Shown: piece by piece, positions 45,983-56,816 of the stretch
How positions within the stretch are numbered: the stretch's first letter is position 1
Layout of the letters: each line of letters begins with the position of its first letter
Source of the DNA: an uncultured delta proteobacterium
GTDB lineage: Bacteria > Desulfobacterota > Desulfobacteria > Desulfobacterales > B30-G6
Direction of reading: 5' to 3'
Assembly: GCA_963823335.1 (NCBI GenBank)
Contig: CAWGLD010000005.1
Span: 352,001 to 416,000, forward strand
DNA length: 64,000 bases
Position numbers and translations under genes: made by a program
Notes under the pieces: model-generated
What the model was told of the DNA's origin: nothing
What the model saw: the letters and a program-made list of their open reading frames with translations, nothing else
Database searches by the model: none

Positions 45983-47020
45983 CTACGCTCGTTGACGTTT
46001 TTGCCAGGCTAGCAGAATCGGGCTGGCCACAAAAATGGAGGAATATGTCCCGACCAGTACGCCAACAATCATGGCAAAAGCAAAATCATGAATGATACCA
46101 CCGCCGAAAATGAATAAAGTGACCAGAACAATGAGGGTTGTCAGAGAGGTTAGAATGGTCCTGCCGAGTGTCTCATTGATACTTTTATTCAATATAAAAT
46201 CGAGTGGTCTTTTATGATGTTTTCGGAGGTTTTCCCGTATCCTGTCAAATACGATAATGGTGTCGTTGAGGGAGTATCCAATAATTGTCAGCAATGCTGC
46301 GATAATCGGCAGGGTAAATTCTTTGCCAAAAATGGAAAATAGGCCAATGGTAATCATGACATCGTGGATCAGTGCTACAACGGCTCCCATGGCATACTTC
46401 AGTTCCAGAAACCAGAATAGAACCAGTGTGACCAGCAACGCTGCAGCCATGAGGATCGGTATGCTGACTGAAAAGAGCTGCAGAATATAAACGGCAAACA
46501 TCAGCGCACCTGCCATGACGCCGCTGAGCATCCACTTGAGTTCGAATCTGCCGGAAATATAGATGGTAATAAAGAGTAGTGCAAAAAACATGGCCAAGAG
46601 GGCTTTTTCTCTCAAGTCTTTTCCGACCTGGGGGCCCACCATCTCCACACGGCGTATTTCAACACTGCCGCCGGTTGCTGAATTAAGGGCTTCTTCTATT
46701 TTAAGAGACACATCTTCTGAAATGGATGCAGAGCCGTCGGTTTTGACAAGAAACTCATGGTCCGTTGCATCCCCGAACTCCTGGACAGCGGATATGCCGA
46801 TAGCAAGATTGCTCAGTCCGGTTTTAATGTCCGCTATCGGTGTTGGTGCGTCAAACTTTATCTGGATGAGTGTCCCGCCGGCAAAGTCGATGCCGTATTT
46901 GGGGCCGTGATGTATGATCAGCGAGATGATTGCCATTAGAATCATGGCCGCCGATACGACAAAGGCAATATACCTTTTTGCGATAAAGTTGATATTGATA
47001 TCTGGTTTTATGAACTGCAT
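45983..47020 (-). CDS. secF: Protein translocase subunit SecF
   Basis: GIDFAGG, VGPQVG, GYSLNDTIIVFDRIRE and GTYSSIFVA. Confidence 0.96.
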   Translation of the reverse strand: MQFIKPDININFIAKRYIAFVVSAAMILMAIISLIIHHGPKYGIDFAGGTLIQIKFDAPTPIADIKTGLSNLAIGISAVQEFGDATDHEFLVKTDGSASISEDVSLKIEEALNSATGGSVEIRRVEMVGPQVGKDLREKALLAMFFALLFITIYISGRFELKWMLSGVMAGALMFAVYILQLFSVSIPILMAAALLVTLVLFWFLELKYAMGAVVALIHDVMITIGLFSIFGKEFTLPIIAALLTIIGYSLNDTIIVFDRIRENLRKHHKRPLDFILNKSINETLGRTILTSLTTLIVLVTLFIFGGGIIHDFAFAMIVGVLVGTYSSIFVASPILLAWQKRQRA

Positions 47021-47101
47021 GGTTGCATCCTTATATTATCGTTAACGTCACTTTCCCCTATAGTTGCAACGATAGGGATTAGATGAATCTGAACAGGAAA
47101 A

Positions 47102-48679
47102 TTAAATACTGATGCTCTTTATTTTTCGGTTGATCAGCAGGTAGTCAAAAACAAGCCGCGACAAAACAAGTGCTGTGAACAGACTTGCCAGCACCCCCAG
47201 GCTCAGTGTGACGGCAAACCCCTTTACTGGTCCTGTGCCGAATTGAAAGAGCACAAGTGCTGCGATCAGCGTGGTCACATTGGCATCCAGAATGGTGAGA
47301 GTGGCCTTACCGTAACCAGCGTCAACGGCAGCCCGGGGTGTCTTGCCTATATTCATCTCCTCACGGATACGCTCAAATATCAGCACGTTGGCATCAACGG
47401 CCATGCCGATGGTAAGGATGATACCGGCAATACCTGGCAGGGTGAGGGTTGCCTGGAAAGCAGCCAGACCGCCGGCGATGATGACGATATTGAGCGTCAG
47501 CGCCAGATCGGCGATAATGCCCGATCCTTTATAATAAATAATCATGAACAGCATGACCAGTATGCCACCCACACACATGGACAACAAACCCTTGCGTATG
47601 GAGTCGGCGCCCAGAGAAGGACCCACGGTTCTTTCTTCAAGGATATTTACAGGCGCCGGAAGCGCGCCGGCACGCAGAGCAATGGCAAGGTCATGGGCCT
47701 CTTCCGCGGTGAATTGCCCGGTAATGCGGGCGGACCCACCCGAAATTTTTTCCTGGATGACTGGAGCCGAGTATACCTTGTCATCAAGAACGATGGCCAG
47801 CCGTTTTTTGACGTTCTGTTCGGTAATGCTTTCAAAAATTCTGCCACCTTTCTTGTCGAACTCGATGGACACATAGGGGTCGTTATACTGTGAGTCGATT
47901 TGAACCCGTGCATCTACCAGCTGAGCGCCGGTCAAGAGGGTTCGTTTTTTCACAAGGTAAGGTGTTTTGGTGATACGGTTGGTGGCCGGGTCCTGGTTGT
48001 CCTCGTAGAGGATCTCGCTTTCAGGTGGTACACTGCCTTGCAGGGCGGCTCCGATGTCATTGGTTTCATCAAGGAGCTTGAACTCAAGGAGTGCGGTTCT
48101 CCCGATCAGCTGTTTGGCCCGTTTGGTATCTTTGATACCCGGCAGCTGGATGAGAATCCGGTTTTTACCCTGATTGCGAATGTCCGGTTCACTTACACCG
48201 AACTGGTCAATTCTGTTGCGAATGGTTTCCAGGGCCTGATCCGTGGCAAGCTTTTTGATCTGATCTGCTTCCTGGTCGGGCAGATCCAAAACCACCGTGA
48301 GGGTCTCATCGGTTTCTGATTCTGAACGGATGCGCATCTCCTTGAAGTCGGCATCCAGGGTTTTGTAAAATTGATCGATGGACGCTTTACCAATGACACG
48401 GGCGGAGATCTGTGTTCCAAGAACACGATCCAGCGCCAGAACTCTCACGCGGTCTTTGCGAAGACTGGAACGAAGCTCCTGGGCGATGCGCTCAACAGCA
48501 TCCTCCACAGCCTTGTTGGTATCGACTTCCAGCACCAGATGCATGCCCCCTTGGAGGTCGAGTCCAAGGTTTATCTTTTTATGAGGCCACACTCCCGGCC
48601 ACACCGATGGCAAGACATATACGAATGCCGCCACAATAACGATGAGAACAGCTATGGGTCTCCATGAGAGTTTTTTCAA
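47102..48679 (-). CDS. secD: Protein translocase subunit SecD
   Basis: LGLDLQGG, FGVSEP, VGPSLG and AVDANVLIFERIREE. TTG start. Confidence 0.96.
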   Translation of the reverse strand: MKKLSWRPIAVLIVIVAAFVYVLPSVWPGVWPHKKINLGLDLQGGMHLVLEVDTNKAVEDAVERIAQELRSSLRKDRVRVLALDRVLGTQISARVIGKASIDQFYKTLDADFKEMRIRSESETDETLTVVLDLPDQEADQIKKLATDQALETIRNRIDQFGVSEPDIRNQGKNRILIQLPGIKDTKRAKQLIGRTALLEFKLLDETNDIGAALQGSVPPESEILYEDNQDPATNRITKTPYLVKKRTLLTGAQLVDARVQIDSQYNDPYVSIEFDKKGGRIFESITEQNVKKRLAIVLDDKVYSAPVIQEKISGGSARITGQFTAEEAHDLAIALRAGALPAPVNILEERTVGPSLGADSIRKGLLSMCVGGILVMLFMIIYYKGSGIIADLALTLNIVIIAGGLAAFQATLTLPGIAGIILTIGMAVDANVLIFERIREEMNIGKTPRAAVDAGYGKATLTILDANVTTLIAALVLFQFGTGPVKGFAVTLSLGVLASLFTALVLSRLVFDYLLINRKIKSISI

Positions 48680-48839
48680 ATCTGTTTCCTTTCAAGTTAA
48701 AATACAAGATTCCCGGCCGGCAATAGCAGGGAATCTTTTTCTGCGCCATCCTTAATACACAAGCACATGTATCCGGTATCAGCGGAAAGTCCGGTCTGAT
48801 TTTAAAACTGAGCTGGTGCAGTATTGTGCAACCGGAACG

Positions 48840-49232
48840 CTATTTTGATTTGTCTGGATCCGTTTTGCCTTTGTCTTTTACCTGAGGCTGGGGCTGGGGC
48901 TGTCCTGAAGGCTGGTTTAATGCACCCACATTCCCCCGGGACACCTTGACACGAACCTTGTCGGCAATTTCTACCGTCAGGGTTGTATCTGATAGACCTG
49001 TGATACGTCCATGTAAACCACCACTGGTGATGATACGATCTCCTTTTTTTAGGTTGGATATCATCTGGCGCTGTTCTTTGGCTTTCTTCTGCTGCGGGCG
49101 TATTAAAAGAAAATAAAAGATGACAAACATCAGTATGAGCGGGATGAATGTTGTAAAGCCACCACCACCGCCCTCGCCACCTGATCCGCCCGGTCCCATT
49201 GCATAGGCTATGTTTTCTGTTAAAAAGAACAA
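48840..49232 (-). CDS. yajC: Preprotein translocase subunit YajC
   Basis: FYFLLIRPQQKK..LKKGDRIITSGG. Confidence 0.95.
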   Translation of the reverse strand: MFFLTENIAYAMGPGGSGGEGGGGGFTTFIPLILMFVIFYFLLIRPQQKKAKEQRQMISNLKKGDRIITSGGLHGRITGLSDTTLTVEIADKVRVKVSRGNVGALNQPSGQPQPQPQVKDKGKTDPDKSK

Positions 49233-49244
49233 GTTAACCTCCCT

Positions 49245-49892
49245 TTATTGTTGTTGATTGGTTTCCCATTTGAATTCAACTGACCCAATAACACTTGTCA
49301 TGACCAGCGTAACCGTATCATATGCGTCACCCATGGGCTGATTGTCCGTTTTCGGGTCAAACGCCGGAAATCTGACATGGTAAATCGATTTCCAGGCTGT
49401 CATGTAAGGATAAAAATAATCAATTATCGGATCTTTTTTCTTCAGTTTACGGATCTCCAGCGGTCGAATCTGTTCTACCTGGTCTCGCGTGATATAGATT
49501 TTCCACATGGAAGTATTTTTTGAGAAATCATCCCATTTTTTTTCAGGAACATAGGCAGCGATCACAAAATCGTTATAGTCTGCTGCCTCCTTCTGCTCAT
49601 CCAGCACCAGTTTATCGTATTCCGGACCTTCTAATTTATAGAGCCTTGCATATTCTTCTGCATAGGCTTGCCGAAACACAGCGGATTTAAAGGTTATCTT
49701 TGAAATCAGTTTTGTCAATAGTCCATCGTAGATGCGGCCTTCCTGTGTCCAGGTTTCAATTGCATCCCGATAAATCATTTTTGTTTCAGATACAGGCAGT
49801 TGTTCTGCGCTCTCCTGATATTTTACCCCGGTGCAGCCGGAAACCATCAAGAGTCCCGTCAGCAGCATATATGTCAAGACCCTGTAGTTCAT
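49245..49892 (-). CDS. Putative lipoprotein
   Basis: Signal peptide with lipobox VSGC. Confidence 0.75.
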   Translation of the reverse strand: MNYRVLTYMLLTGLLMVSGCTGVKYQESAEQLPVSETKMIYRDAIETWTQEGRIYDGLLTKLISKITFKSAVFRQAYAEEYARLYKLEGPEYDKLVLDEQKEAADYNDFVIAAYVPEKKWDDFSKNTSMWKIYITRDQVEQIRPLEIRKLKKKDPIIDYFYPYMTAWKSIYHVRFPAFDPKTDNQPMGDAYDTVTLVMTSVIGSVEFKWETNQQQ

Positions 49893-49943
49893 GATTAACG
49901 ATCTTTCCAGTTTGACTTACATTTAAAAATCAGGAGGTACCCC

Positions 49944-51236
49944 TCAGTTGAATACCCGACTGAAAATGGCGCTGATATACTTTAAATGATACCCCACGTC
50001 AAATATTTCTTTAATTTTTTCTTCGCCCAGATGTTTTCGTATGGTGGGTTCTTCCAGAATCAGATCCTGGAAAGATCCTTTTCCCTGCCACACACGCATG
50101 GCCTGATCTTGGACGATCCTGTAGGCTTCCTCACGGGTCACGCCCGCCTCTGCAAGAGCGACAAGAACCTGTTGTGAAAAAATGAGCCCCTTGAGTTTAT
50201 CAAGGTTGGCGCACATGTTTTTCGGGTAAACCAGAAGATTCTTCAGCATGTTGGTCATGCGGTGCAACATGTAATCTATCAGAATGGTGCTGTCGGGACC
50301 GATAACACGCTCAACCGATGAGTGACTGATGTCACGTTCGTGCCACAAGGGGATGTTTTCAAACGCCGTGATGGCATTGCTCCGTACGATTCGCGCCAGA
50401 CCGCACAGATTTTCCGACCCGATGGGATTTCTTTTGTGTGGCATGGCCGATGACCCTTTTTGGCCCTTGGAAAAGTATTCTTCCGCCTCCAGAACTTCCG
50501 TTCGCTGCAGGTGTCTGATTTCCAGCGCCATTTTATCAATAGTAGAGGCGATAATGGCCAGCACGCTAAAAAACTCGGCATGCCGGTCCCGCTGGACGAT
50601 CTGTGTGGATGCCGGTGCCGGTTTCAAGCCCATTTTTTTGCAAACATAAGCTTCGACCAGGGGCGGTGTGTTGGCAAACGTGCCAACGGCTCCGGATATT
50701 TTCCCACAGCTGATGCTGTCGATGGCATGCACGAGCCGTTCTTTATTGCGTCTCATTTCATCGTGCCAGACAGCCAATTTTAAACCAAAGGTAATCGGTT
50801 CGGCATGAATCCCGTGGGAACGCCCGATCATGACGGTCTCTTTGTACTGGAAGGCTTTCTTTTTTATGACCGCCATGAGTTTGTCGACATCGTCCAATAT
50901 CATAAGGCCGGCTTTTCGCAGCAGATAGGCCAGACTGGTGTCGAGAACATCCGAAGAGGTCAGCCCCATGTGAATGTAGCGCGAATCCGGCCCCACATTT
51001 TCGGCAACGCTGGTGAGGAAGGCGATGACGTCATGTTTGGTCTCGGATTCGATTTCCTCGATCCTTTCCACGGAAAAGCTTGCCTTACGCTTGATGACCG
51101 CAAGGGATTTTTTAGGGATTCTGCCGATAGTTGCCAGTGCTTCACAAGCATGGATCTCCACCTTGAGCCATGTTTGATATTTGGTTTGATCTGTCCAGAC
51201 GTCTCCCATTTCTTTGCGTGTGTAGCGATCGATCAT
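49944..51236 (-). CDS. purB: Adenylosuccinate lyase
   Basis: MIDRY, HDVIAF, GRSHGIHAEP and GSSAMPHKRNP. Confidence 0.97.
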   Translation of the reverse strand: MIDRYTRKEMGDVWTDQTKYQTWLKVEIHACEALATIGRIPKKSLAVIKRKASFSVERIEEIESETKHDVIAFLTSVAENVGPDSRYIHMGLTSSDVLDTSLAYLLRKAGLMILDDVDKLMAVIKKKAFQYKETVMIGRSHGIHAEPITFGLKLAVWHDEMRRNKERLVHAIDSISCGKISGAVGTFANTPPLVEAYVCKKMGLKPAPASTQIVQRDRHAEFFSVLAIIASTIDKMALEIRHLQRTEVLEAEEYFSKGQKGSSAMPHKRNPIGSENLCGLARIVRSNAITAFENIPLWHERDISHSSVERVIGPDSTILIDYMLHRMTNMLKNLLVYPKNMCANLDKLKGLIFSQQVLVALAEAGVTREEAYRIVQDQAMRVWQGKGSFQDLILEEPTIRKHLGEEKIKEIFDVGYHLKYISAIFSRVFN

Positions 51237-51301
51237 ATTATTGGTTCCTTGTATTCTTCTTTTAGGGGTCTATCCCAAATAAAAGCGTTCCAAGATTTTA
51301 T

Positions 51302-52762
51302 TTAGGCCTCGAATTTGCACTCGCCGGGGTGCATCTGGCCATCTCCCACAATACGTATTGAAAGTTGCCGGCGCGCTTCCAGATCGAGAATTTCTTTGCG
51401 TTTGTTGTTGAGGACATAATCGGCCACATCGGCCGGCAGCATGCAGGTGACGTTTTTGATGTCCGGTTTGAGGGTCTCGATCTGCAATTTTCTTAAAAAC
51501 CGCACCCCGAGGGTTTCTTTGGATGCCACGAGTCCTTTTCCTTGACAGTGATCGCAGGTCACATAACTGCCAAACTCAATGGAAGGCTGAATGCGTTGCC
51601 TTGACATTTCAAGAAGTCCGAATTTTGAAATTCGGCCAAGATTGGCCTTGGCTTTGCCAGCTTTGATATGAAGTCGCAATGTCCGCTCCACTTCAGCCCG
51701 ATTCTTGGTATTTTTCATGTCGATAAAATCAATGACAATCAGACCCCCCAAGTCCCGGAGTTTGAGTTGTCTGGCAATTTCTTCAGCAGCCTCGACATTG
51801 GTGGTCAAGGCTGTCTTCTCAACGGATTTCTGATGGGTTGCCTTTCCAGAATTGACATCAATGGCAACGAGGGCCTCTGTCTGGTCAATGACGATCGATC
51901 CGCCGGATTTGAGGTTAACCCTGTTTTCGTAAATAGACGCTATCTGGTCCTCCAGCTGAAACTTTGAAAAGATTGGGGATGCGCCTTTGTGAAGTTTGAC
52001 GATATTGAGATGCAGCCGGGAAATGATCTGAATAAAGCTCTTTACTTCATGGAACACTTCTTCATCATCGATGAGTATTTCGGTTACCTCCGGCGTAAAG
52101 TGATCACGGATGGATCTGACGGCAAGATTTCGTTCTTTGTAAAGCAGGGCAGGGGCGGTTGCTTTCATGCCTTTGTTCATGATGTTTTTCCAGAGTCGCA
52201 GGAGATATCGCAGGTCTTTGGAAGCCAGGGTTTTGGTGCAATTTTCGCCTGCTGTGCGGATGATAATACCGAAACCCTCCGGGACCTTGAGATTGGCGAT
52301 TATTTCTTTTAAGCGTTGTCTTTCCGTCTCATCCTCTATTTTTCTGGAAATACCCTTAGTTTTAGAGCCCGGCATGAGGACAATATGTCTGCCGGGTAGC
52401 GATATAAAGGTGGAGAGCATGGCGCCCTTTTTCATTCTGGGATCTTTGGTCACCTGTACCAGAATTTCCTGGCCTCGCTTGATAATATGTTTGATAGAAG
52501 AGGCTTCGCCGGAGGGTGTTTCCTGGAAATAGTCGCTGTGAATTTCCTGCTTCTGGAGAAAACCGTTTCGTTCGGCGCCGTAGTCCACAAACGCTGCCTG
52601 AAGACTTGGTTCGATTCGGGTGATAATCGCTTTGTAGATATTGCCATGTGTTATTTCTCTGGCAGCACTCTCGATGCGGAATTCTTCGAGTTTGTTATCG
52701 ATAACTTTTGCGATTCTGATCTCCTCGGAATCGACGGCATTGATGAGAATTTTGCTGGTCAT
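51302..52762 (-). CDS. Rne/Rng-family ribonuclease, catalytic domain only
   Basis: S1 domain GNIYK..LQAAFVDYG, IDVNSG, LRDLGGLIVIDFIDM and CxxC. No long scaffold tail. Confidence 0.93.
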   Translation of the reverse strand: MTSKILINAVDSEEIRIAKVIDNKLEEFRIESAAREITHGNIYKAIITRIEPSLQAAFVDYGAERNGFLQKQEIHSDYFQETPSGEASSIKHIIKRGQEILVQVTKDPRMKKGAMLSTFISLPGRHIVLMPGSKTKGISRKIEDETERQRLKEIIANLKVPEGFGIIIRTAGENCTKTLASKDLRYLLRLWKNIMNKGMKATAPALLYKERNLAVRSIRDHFTPEVTEILIDDEEVFHEVKSFIQIISRLHLNIVKLHKGASPIFSKFQLEDQIASIYENRVNLKSGGSIVIDQTEALVAIDVNSGKATHQKSVEKTALTTNVEAAEEIARQLKLRDLGGLIVIDFIDMKNTKNRAEVERTLRLHIKAGKAKANLGRISKFGLLEMSRQRIQPSIEFGSYVTCDHCQGKGLVASKETLGVRFLRKLQIETLKPDIKNVTCMLPADVADYVLNNKRKEILDLEARRQLSIRIVGDGQMHPGECKFEA

Positions 52763-53047
52763 GAACGGTTGTCCTTTTCGTTGCTAAATCCGGTTTCCAA
52801 GGTGTGTATTATGAGATTGGCATGATCAAGTCAAACGATTTTTATCCAGCTTGCCCGGCTGACTGGTGGCACCACTTCGTATTGACACATGATTTTGTTG
52901 CCACTGACGGCAAGCATCTTTAGGGAGATGCATCTTGATATTTGAGAGATATTGTGACATGAGAGACGACACCCTGATAAAGAAACAGGCTATGTGGGCC
53001 TGGCCGTGATCTTTACTGACATTGTTTTTCGGAGGTTTCTTCATCTG

Positions 53048-55654
53048 ATGAAAAAAAAATACGACCCAAAGTCCATAGAATCCAAATGGCAGGACATGTG
53101 GGAGCGCAGTGGGCTTTTTAAGGCTTGTGCAGACCCGCAAAAAGAAAAATATTACCTGCTGGAAATGTTTCCCTACCCATCCGGTAATATCCATATGGGC
53201 CATGTCAGAAACTATACCATAGGGGATGTGGTTGCCCGCTACAAAAGAATGCGTGGTTACAATGTGCTGCATCCCATGGGTTGGGATGCTTTTGGGATGC
53301 CTGCTGAAAACGCCGCCATTGCCCATAACAGCCATCCAGCCACATGGACCTACCAGAACATCGACAACATGCGCAGCCAGCTCAAACGGATTGGTTTTTC
53401 TTATGACTGGGACAGGGAACTGGCGACCTGTAAACCCGACTACTATCGGTGGGAACAGTGGCTGTTTTTGAAAATGTACCAGAAAGGACTGGCCTACCGG
53501 AAAGAATCCTTTGTCAATTGGTGTGAACCCTGTCAAACGGTCCTGGCCAACGAACAGGTGGAGGCCGGTATGTGCTGGCGATGCGGAAAACCGGTTCGCC
53601 AGAAAAATCTTTCGCAATGGTTTTTCAAGATCACCGATTATGCCGAAGACCTGCTTGTTCATAGCGACAAACTATTGGGTTGGCCCGACAAGGTCACAAC
53701 CATGCAGAAAAACTGGATCGGCAAGAGCATCGGTGCGGAAATCGAGTTTGTCATCGAGAAACCCGCCGGAGGCCGATCGGAGACCATTTCCGTCTTCACA
53801 ACACGCCAGGATACGGTTTTTGGGGCAACCTTCATGTGCCTGGCACCAGAGCATCCGCTTGTTCTGGCACTTTCCCGGGGGACACCTGAAGAGGCGCGTG
53901 TCCAGACGTTTGTGGAACGAATGTCGATGCAGGACCGGTCAGCCAAAACCGTCGAAAATTTTGAAAAGGAGGGGGTCTTTATCGGTGTGCATTGTATTAA
54001 CCCCCTGAGTGGCAGGAAATTACCGATTTTTACGGCCAACTTTGCGCTGATGGAGTATGGAACCGGGGCCGTCATGTGCGTCCCGGCGCACGATCAGAGA
54101 GATTTTGATTTTGCAAAAAAATACGGACTCGACATCACCGTCGTGGTGGCGCCCGAAAAACTGCATCTCGAAGGTGCAACGATGACAGAGGCATATACCG
54201 GTCCGGGCATCATGGTCAATTCCGGGGATTTCAACGGGATAGCCAACACCCAGGCCCAAGAAAGTATTGCCGACTATCTCGAGACTAACCATATCGGGAA
54301 AAGAACCGTCAGTTACAGGCTTCGGGACTGGGGAATTTCCAGACAGCGCTACTGGGGCACACCGATTCCGATGATACACTGTAAGACCTGCGGCATTGTG
54401 CCGGTAACAGAGACGGATCTTCCGATAGTTCTGCCTGAAGATGCCAATCTTCTGGCAGGTGGACAGTCTCCTCTCCCGGAACTGGATGCTTTTGCCCGTA
54501 CCAAATGCCCTCAATGCGGTGATCCTGATGCGCGTCGTGAAACCGATACCATGGATACGTTTGTCGAATCTTCATGGTATTTCGAACGATACTGCAGCCC
54601 CCACTACCACGAAGGCATGTTTGACAAGGAAGCCGTTGATTACTGGATGCCGGTGGATCAATATATCGGGGGAGTGGAGCACGCCATTTTGCACTTGCTG
54701 TATTCACGGTTCTATACACGTGTCTTGAATGACCTGGGACTTGTTTCATATAAGGAACCCTTTACCTGTCTGTTGACACAAGGTATGGTCTGTAAAGAGA
54801 CGGCCGTGTGCCCGGAACATGGGTTTTTGTTGCCTGAAGAGGTTTCCCATGGGGACAATGAGGAGGGCGTCTGCACCCGCTGTGAAAGTCCCGTCACTAT
54901 CGGGCGGGTCGAGAAAATGTCCAAATCGAAAAAAAATGTCATCGATCCGAACATCCTGCTGAACAAATATGGTGCGGATACGACGCGGCTTTTCTGTCTC
55001 TTTGCCGCCCCCCCGGAACGCGACCTGGAGTGGAGTGAGCAGGGTGTGGAAGGTGGTTTCAGATTTCTGAACCGGGTGTGGCGATTTGTCGCCAAGCACA
55101 TGACCACCATCAAAGGAGTGGCACCCTACACAGGGAGTCTGGATCACCTTTCCGGCGATGTCAAAGATCTCTACAGGAAGACCCACGAGACGATTCAGCG
55201 TGTTACCAGAGATATAGAAGATCGTTTCCATTTTAACACAGCCATCAGTGCTGTGATGGAACTGGTGAATGCCCTTTATAGCGCCGACAAGGTGTCCTCC
55301 ACATCAGAGTGGCCGGGTGTGGCACGGTTTGCCATTGAATCAGCGGTGATCTTGCTGGCGCCCATTGTGCCACATTTCTCCGAAGAGATCTGGGCTGAGA
55401 TGGGGCATGCTGAGAGTATCTTGCTGGCACCCTGGCCGGAATACCATGCAGATGCGCTGGTGAAGGATGATCTGACAATTGTGGTTCAGGTAAACGGAAA
55501 GGTCAGAAGCCGTTTTACCATTGCAAGCGATGTGTCGGATGAAGACATCAAGCAGAAAGCCCTGTCGGATGAACGCGCATTGAAATTCGTGGAAAACAAG
55601 GGCATCAAGAAAGTAATCGTGGTCAAGAAAAAACTTGTCAATATTGTTGTATAA
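53048..55654 (+). CDS. leuS: Leucyl-tRNA synthetase
   Basis: [17 protein letters not shown] and [11 protein letters not shown]. Start set to ATG 53048. Confidence 0.97.
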   Translation: MKKKYDPKSIESKWQDMWERSGLFKACADPQKEKYYLLEMFPYPSGNIHMGHVRNYTIGDVVARYKRMRGYNVLHPMGWDAFGMPAENAAIAHNSHPATWTYQNIDNMRSQLKRIGFSYDWDRELATCKPDYYRWEQWLFLKMYQKGLAYRKESFVNWCEPCQTVLANEQVEAGMCWRCGKPVRQKNLSQWFFKITDYAEDLLVHSDKLLGWPDKVTTMQKNWIGKSIGAEIEFVIEKPAGGRSETISVFTTRQDTVFGATFMCLAPEHPLVLALSRGTPEEARVQTFVERMSMQDRSAKTVENFEKEGVFIGVHCINPLSGRKLPIFTANFALMEYGTGAVMCVPAHDQRDFDFAKKYGLDITVVVAPEKLHLEGATMTEAYTGPGIMVNSGDFNGIANTQAQESIADYLETNHIGKRTVSYRLRDWGISRQRYWGTPIPMIHCKTCGIVPVTETDLPIVLPEDANLLAGGQSPLPELDAFARTKCPQCGDPDARRETDTMDTFVESSWYFERYCSPHYHEGMFDKEAVDYWMPVDQYIGGVEHAILHLLYSRFYTRVLNDLGLVSYKEPFTCLLTQGMVCKETAVCPEHGFLLPEEVSHGDNEEGVCTRCESPVTIGRVEKMSKSKKNVIDPNILLNKYGADTTRLFCLFAAPPERDLEWSEQGVEGGFRFLNRVWRFVAKHMTTIKGVAPYTGSLDHLSGDVKDLYRKTHETIQRVTRDIEDRFHFNTAISAVMELVNALYSADKVSSTSEWPGVARFAIESAVILLAPIVPHFSEEIWAEMGHAESILLAPWPEYHADALVKDDLTIVVQVNGKVRSRFTIASDVSDEDIKQKALSDERALKFVENKGIKKVIVVKKKLVNIVV

Positions 55655-55675
55655 ATTTGATTTTTTTCCGCTGAT

Positions 55676-56266
55676 ATGCCGTGGGGAAAAAACAAATTAT
55701 GGATGAAGATGGTATTAATAAACACGGTATTTATGAAGCTATTTCAGTCTGTTGGTTTCGCTATCCGGATGGCCATCATCGTTACCTGCCTTGTACTGTT
55801 CATATCCTGCGGCTACAGGTTTGCAGGCAGCGAGAAGTTGCCCCAGGGTGTTGAAAGCCTGTTTGTTGAACTGCTTGAGAACAAAACAACCGAACCGGGT
55901 GTGGATATCGTAGTCACCAATGAACTGAAAAATGAGTTTATTCGGAAGTATCCGGGAGTTCTGGTTGATAGAGATATGGCAGCGGCGGTACTTTCGGGTG
56001 CGGTGGTTGGAATTCAGACCGAAACCGTCGCCAGAAGAGGTGTCTTGACGGCTCTCGAGAGAAGCGTTTCTATGACCATCGACCTGTCATTGAAAACAGC
56101 GATAAACGAGAGGATCTGGTTTGCCCGGGGCATCAGCAGCAGCGACACGTATACGGTGGTCTCAGGGGACAAAGAAGCCACGGAACGGAACAAGCGGAAC
56201 AAAATAAGAGATCTTGCCGAAAGAATCGCGGAAATAGCGTATTACCGTATAACGGATGATTTTTGA
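55676..56266 (+). CDS. lptE: LptE-like lipoprotein
   Basis: Lipobox FISCGYRF, directly after leuS. The true start is likely downstream of 55676. Confidence 0.8.
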   Translation: MPWGKNKLWMKMVLINTVFMKLFQSVGFAIRMAIIVTCLVLFISCGYRFAGSEKLPQGVESLFVELLENKTTEPGVDIVVTNELKNEFIRKYPGVLVDRDMAAAVLSGAVVGIQTETVARRGVLTALERSVSMTIDLSLKTAINERIWFARGISSSDTYTVVSGDKEATERNKRNKIRDLAERIAEIAYYRITDDF

Positions 56267-56309
56267 CACGGCTGTCCCACAAACCTGACGAGGCTTGGGG
56301 TCCTTAAAT

Positions 56310-56345
56310 AAAAGCGCCACCCGGAAAGTATTCTGCGGGTGGCGC
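56310..56345 (-). terminator. Terminator between convergent lptE and rpsT
   Basis: GCGCCACCCG / CGGGTGGCGC 10-bp stem followed by TTTT on the minus strand. Confidence 0.7.
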
Positions 56346-56381
56346 AAAATATGATGAGCATAAAATGGAAACCAGGTCCGA

Positions 56382-56645
56382 TCAGACAGCCTGGTTAACC
56401 ATTTTTGACAGCCTTGATATTTTACGTGCGGCTGTTTTTTTATGAATAACACCTTTTTTGGCAGCTTTATCGATGACAGATATGGCAGACCTCAGGTGTG
56501 TTGAAGCAGTTTCGGGGGCTTCTCCCTCCGTTGCTTGGTAAACAGCCTTCACAGTATGCTTTACCCTGGTTTTTACCGCTTTATTGCGCAACCGTTTCGT
56601 TTCAGACTGTTTTGCACGTTTGAGTGCGGATTTATGATTTGCCAA
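56382..56645 (-). CDS. rpsT: 30S ribosomal protein S20
   Basis: ANHKSALKR..KGVIHKKTAARKISRL. TTG start. Confidence 0.97.
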   Translation of the reverse strand: MANHKSALKRAKQSETKRLRNKAVKTRVKHTVKAVYQATEGEAPETASTHLRSAISVIDKAAKKGVIHKKTAARKISRLSKMVNQAV

Positions 56646-56816
56646 TGTTTCATGCTCCTTTCGGTTCGTTGTTTGTTATGTAACCTTATTCACATATAAA
56701 TATATCAGATCCAAGTCAATATATTTTTTGTATCTAATTTAAAAACGCTTATGTGGGCCTGGCCAGAGATCTAAAACACCGGGGACCCACTTCAGCTTAA
56801 ATAATTAAGGAGGCAG

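Noticed and set aside
33073-56645. Absence of usual neighbours (pyrK beside pyrD, tgt before yajC, holA after lptE)
   Set aside because: These are probably ordinary rearrangements. Gene loss cannot be judged from one window.
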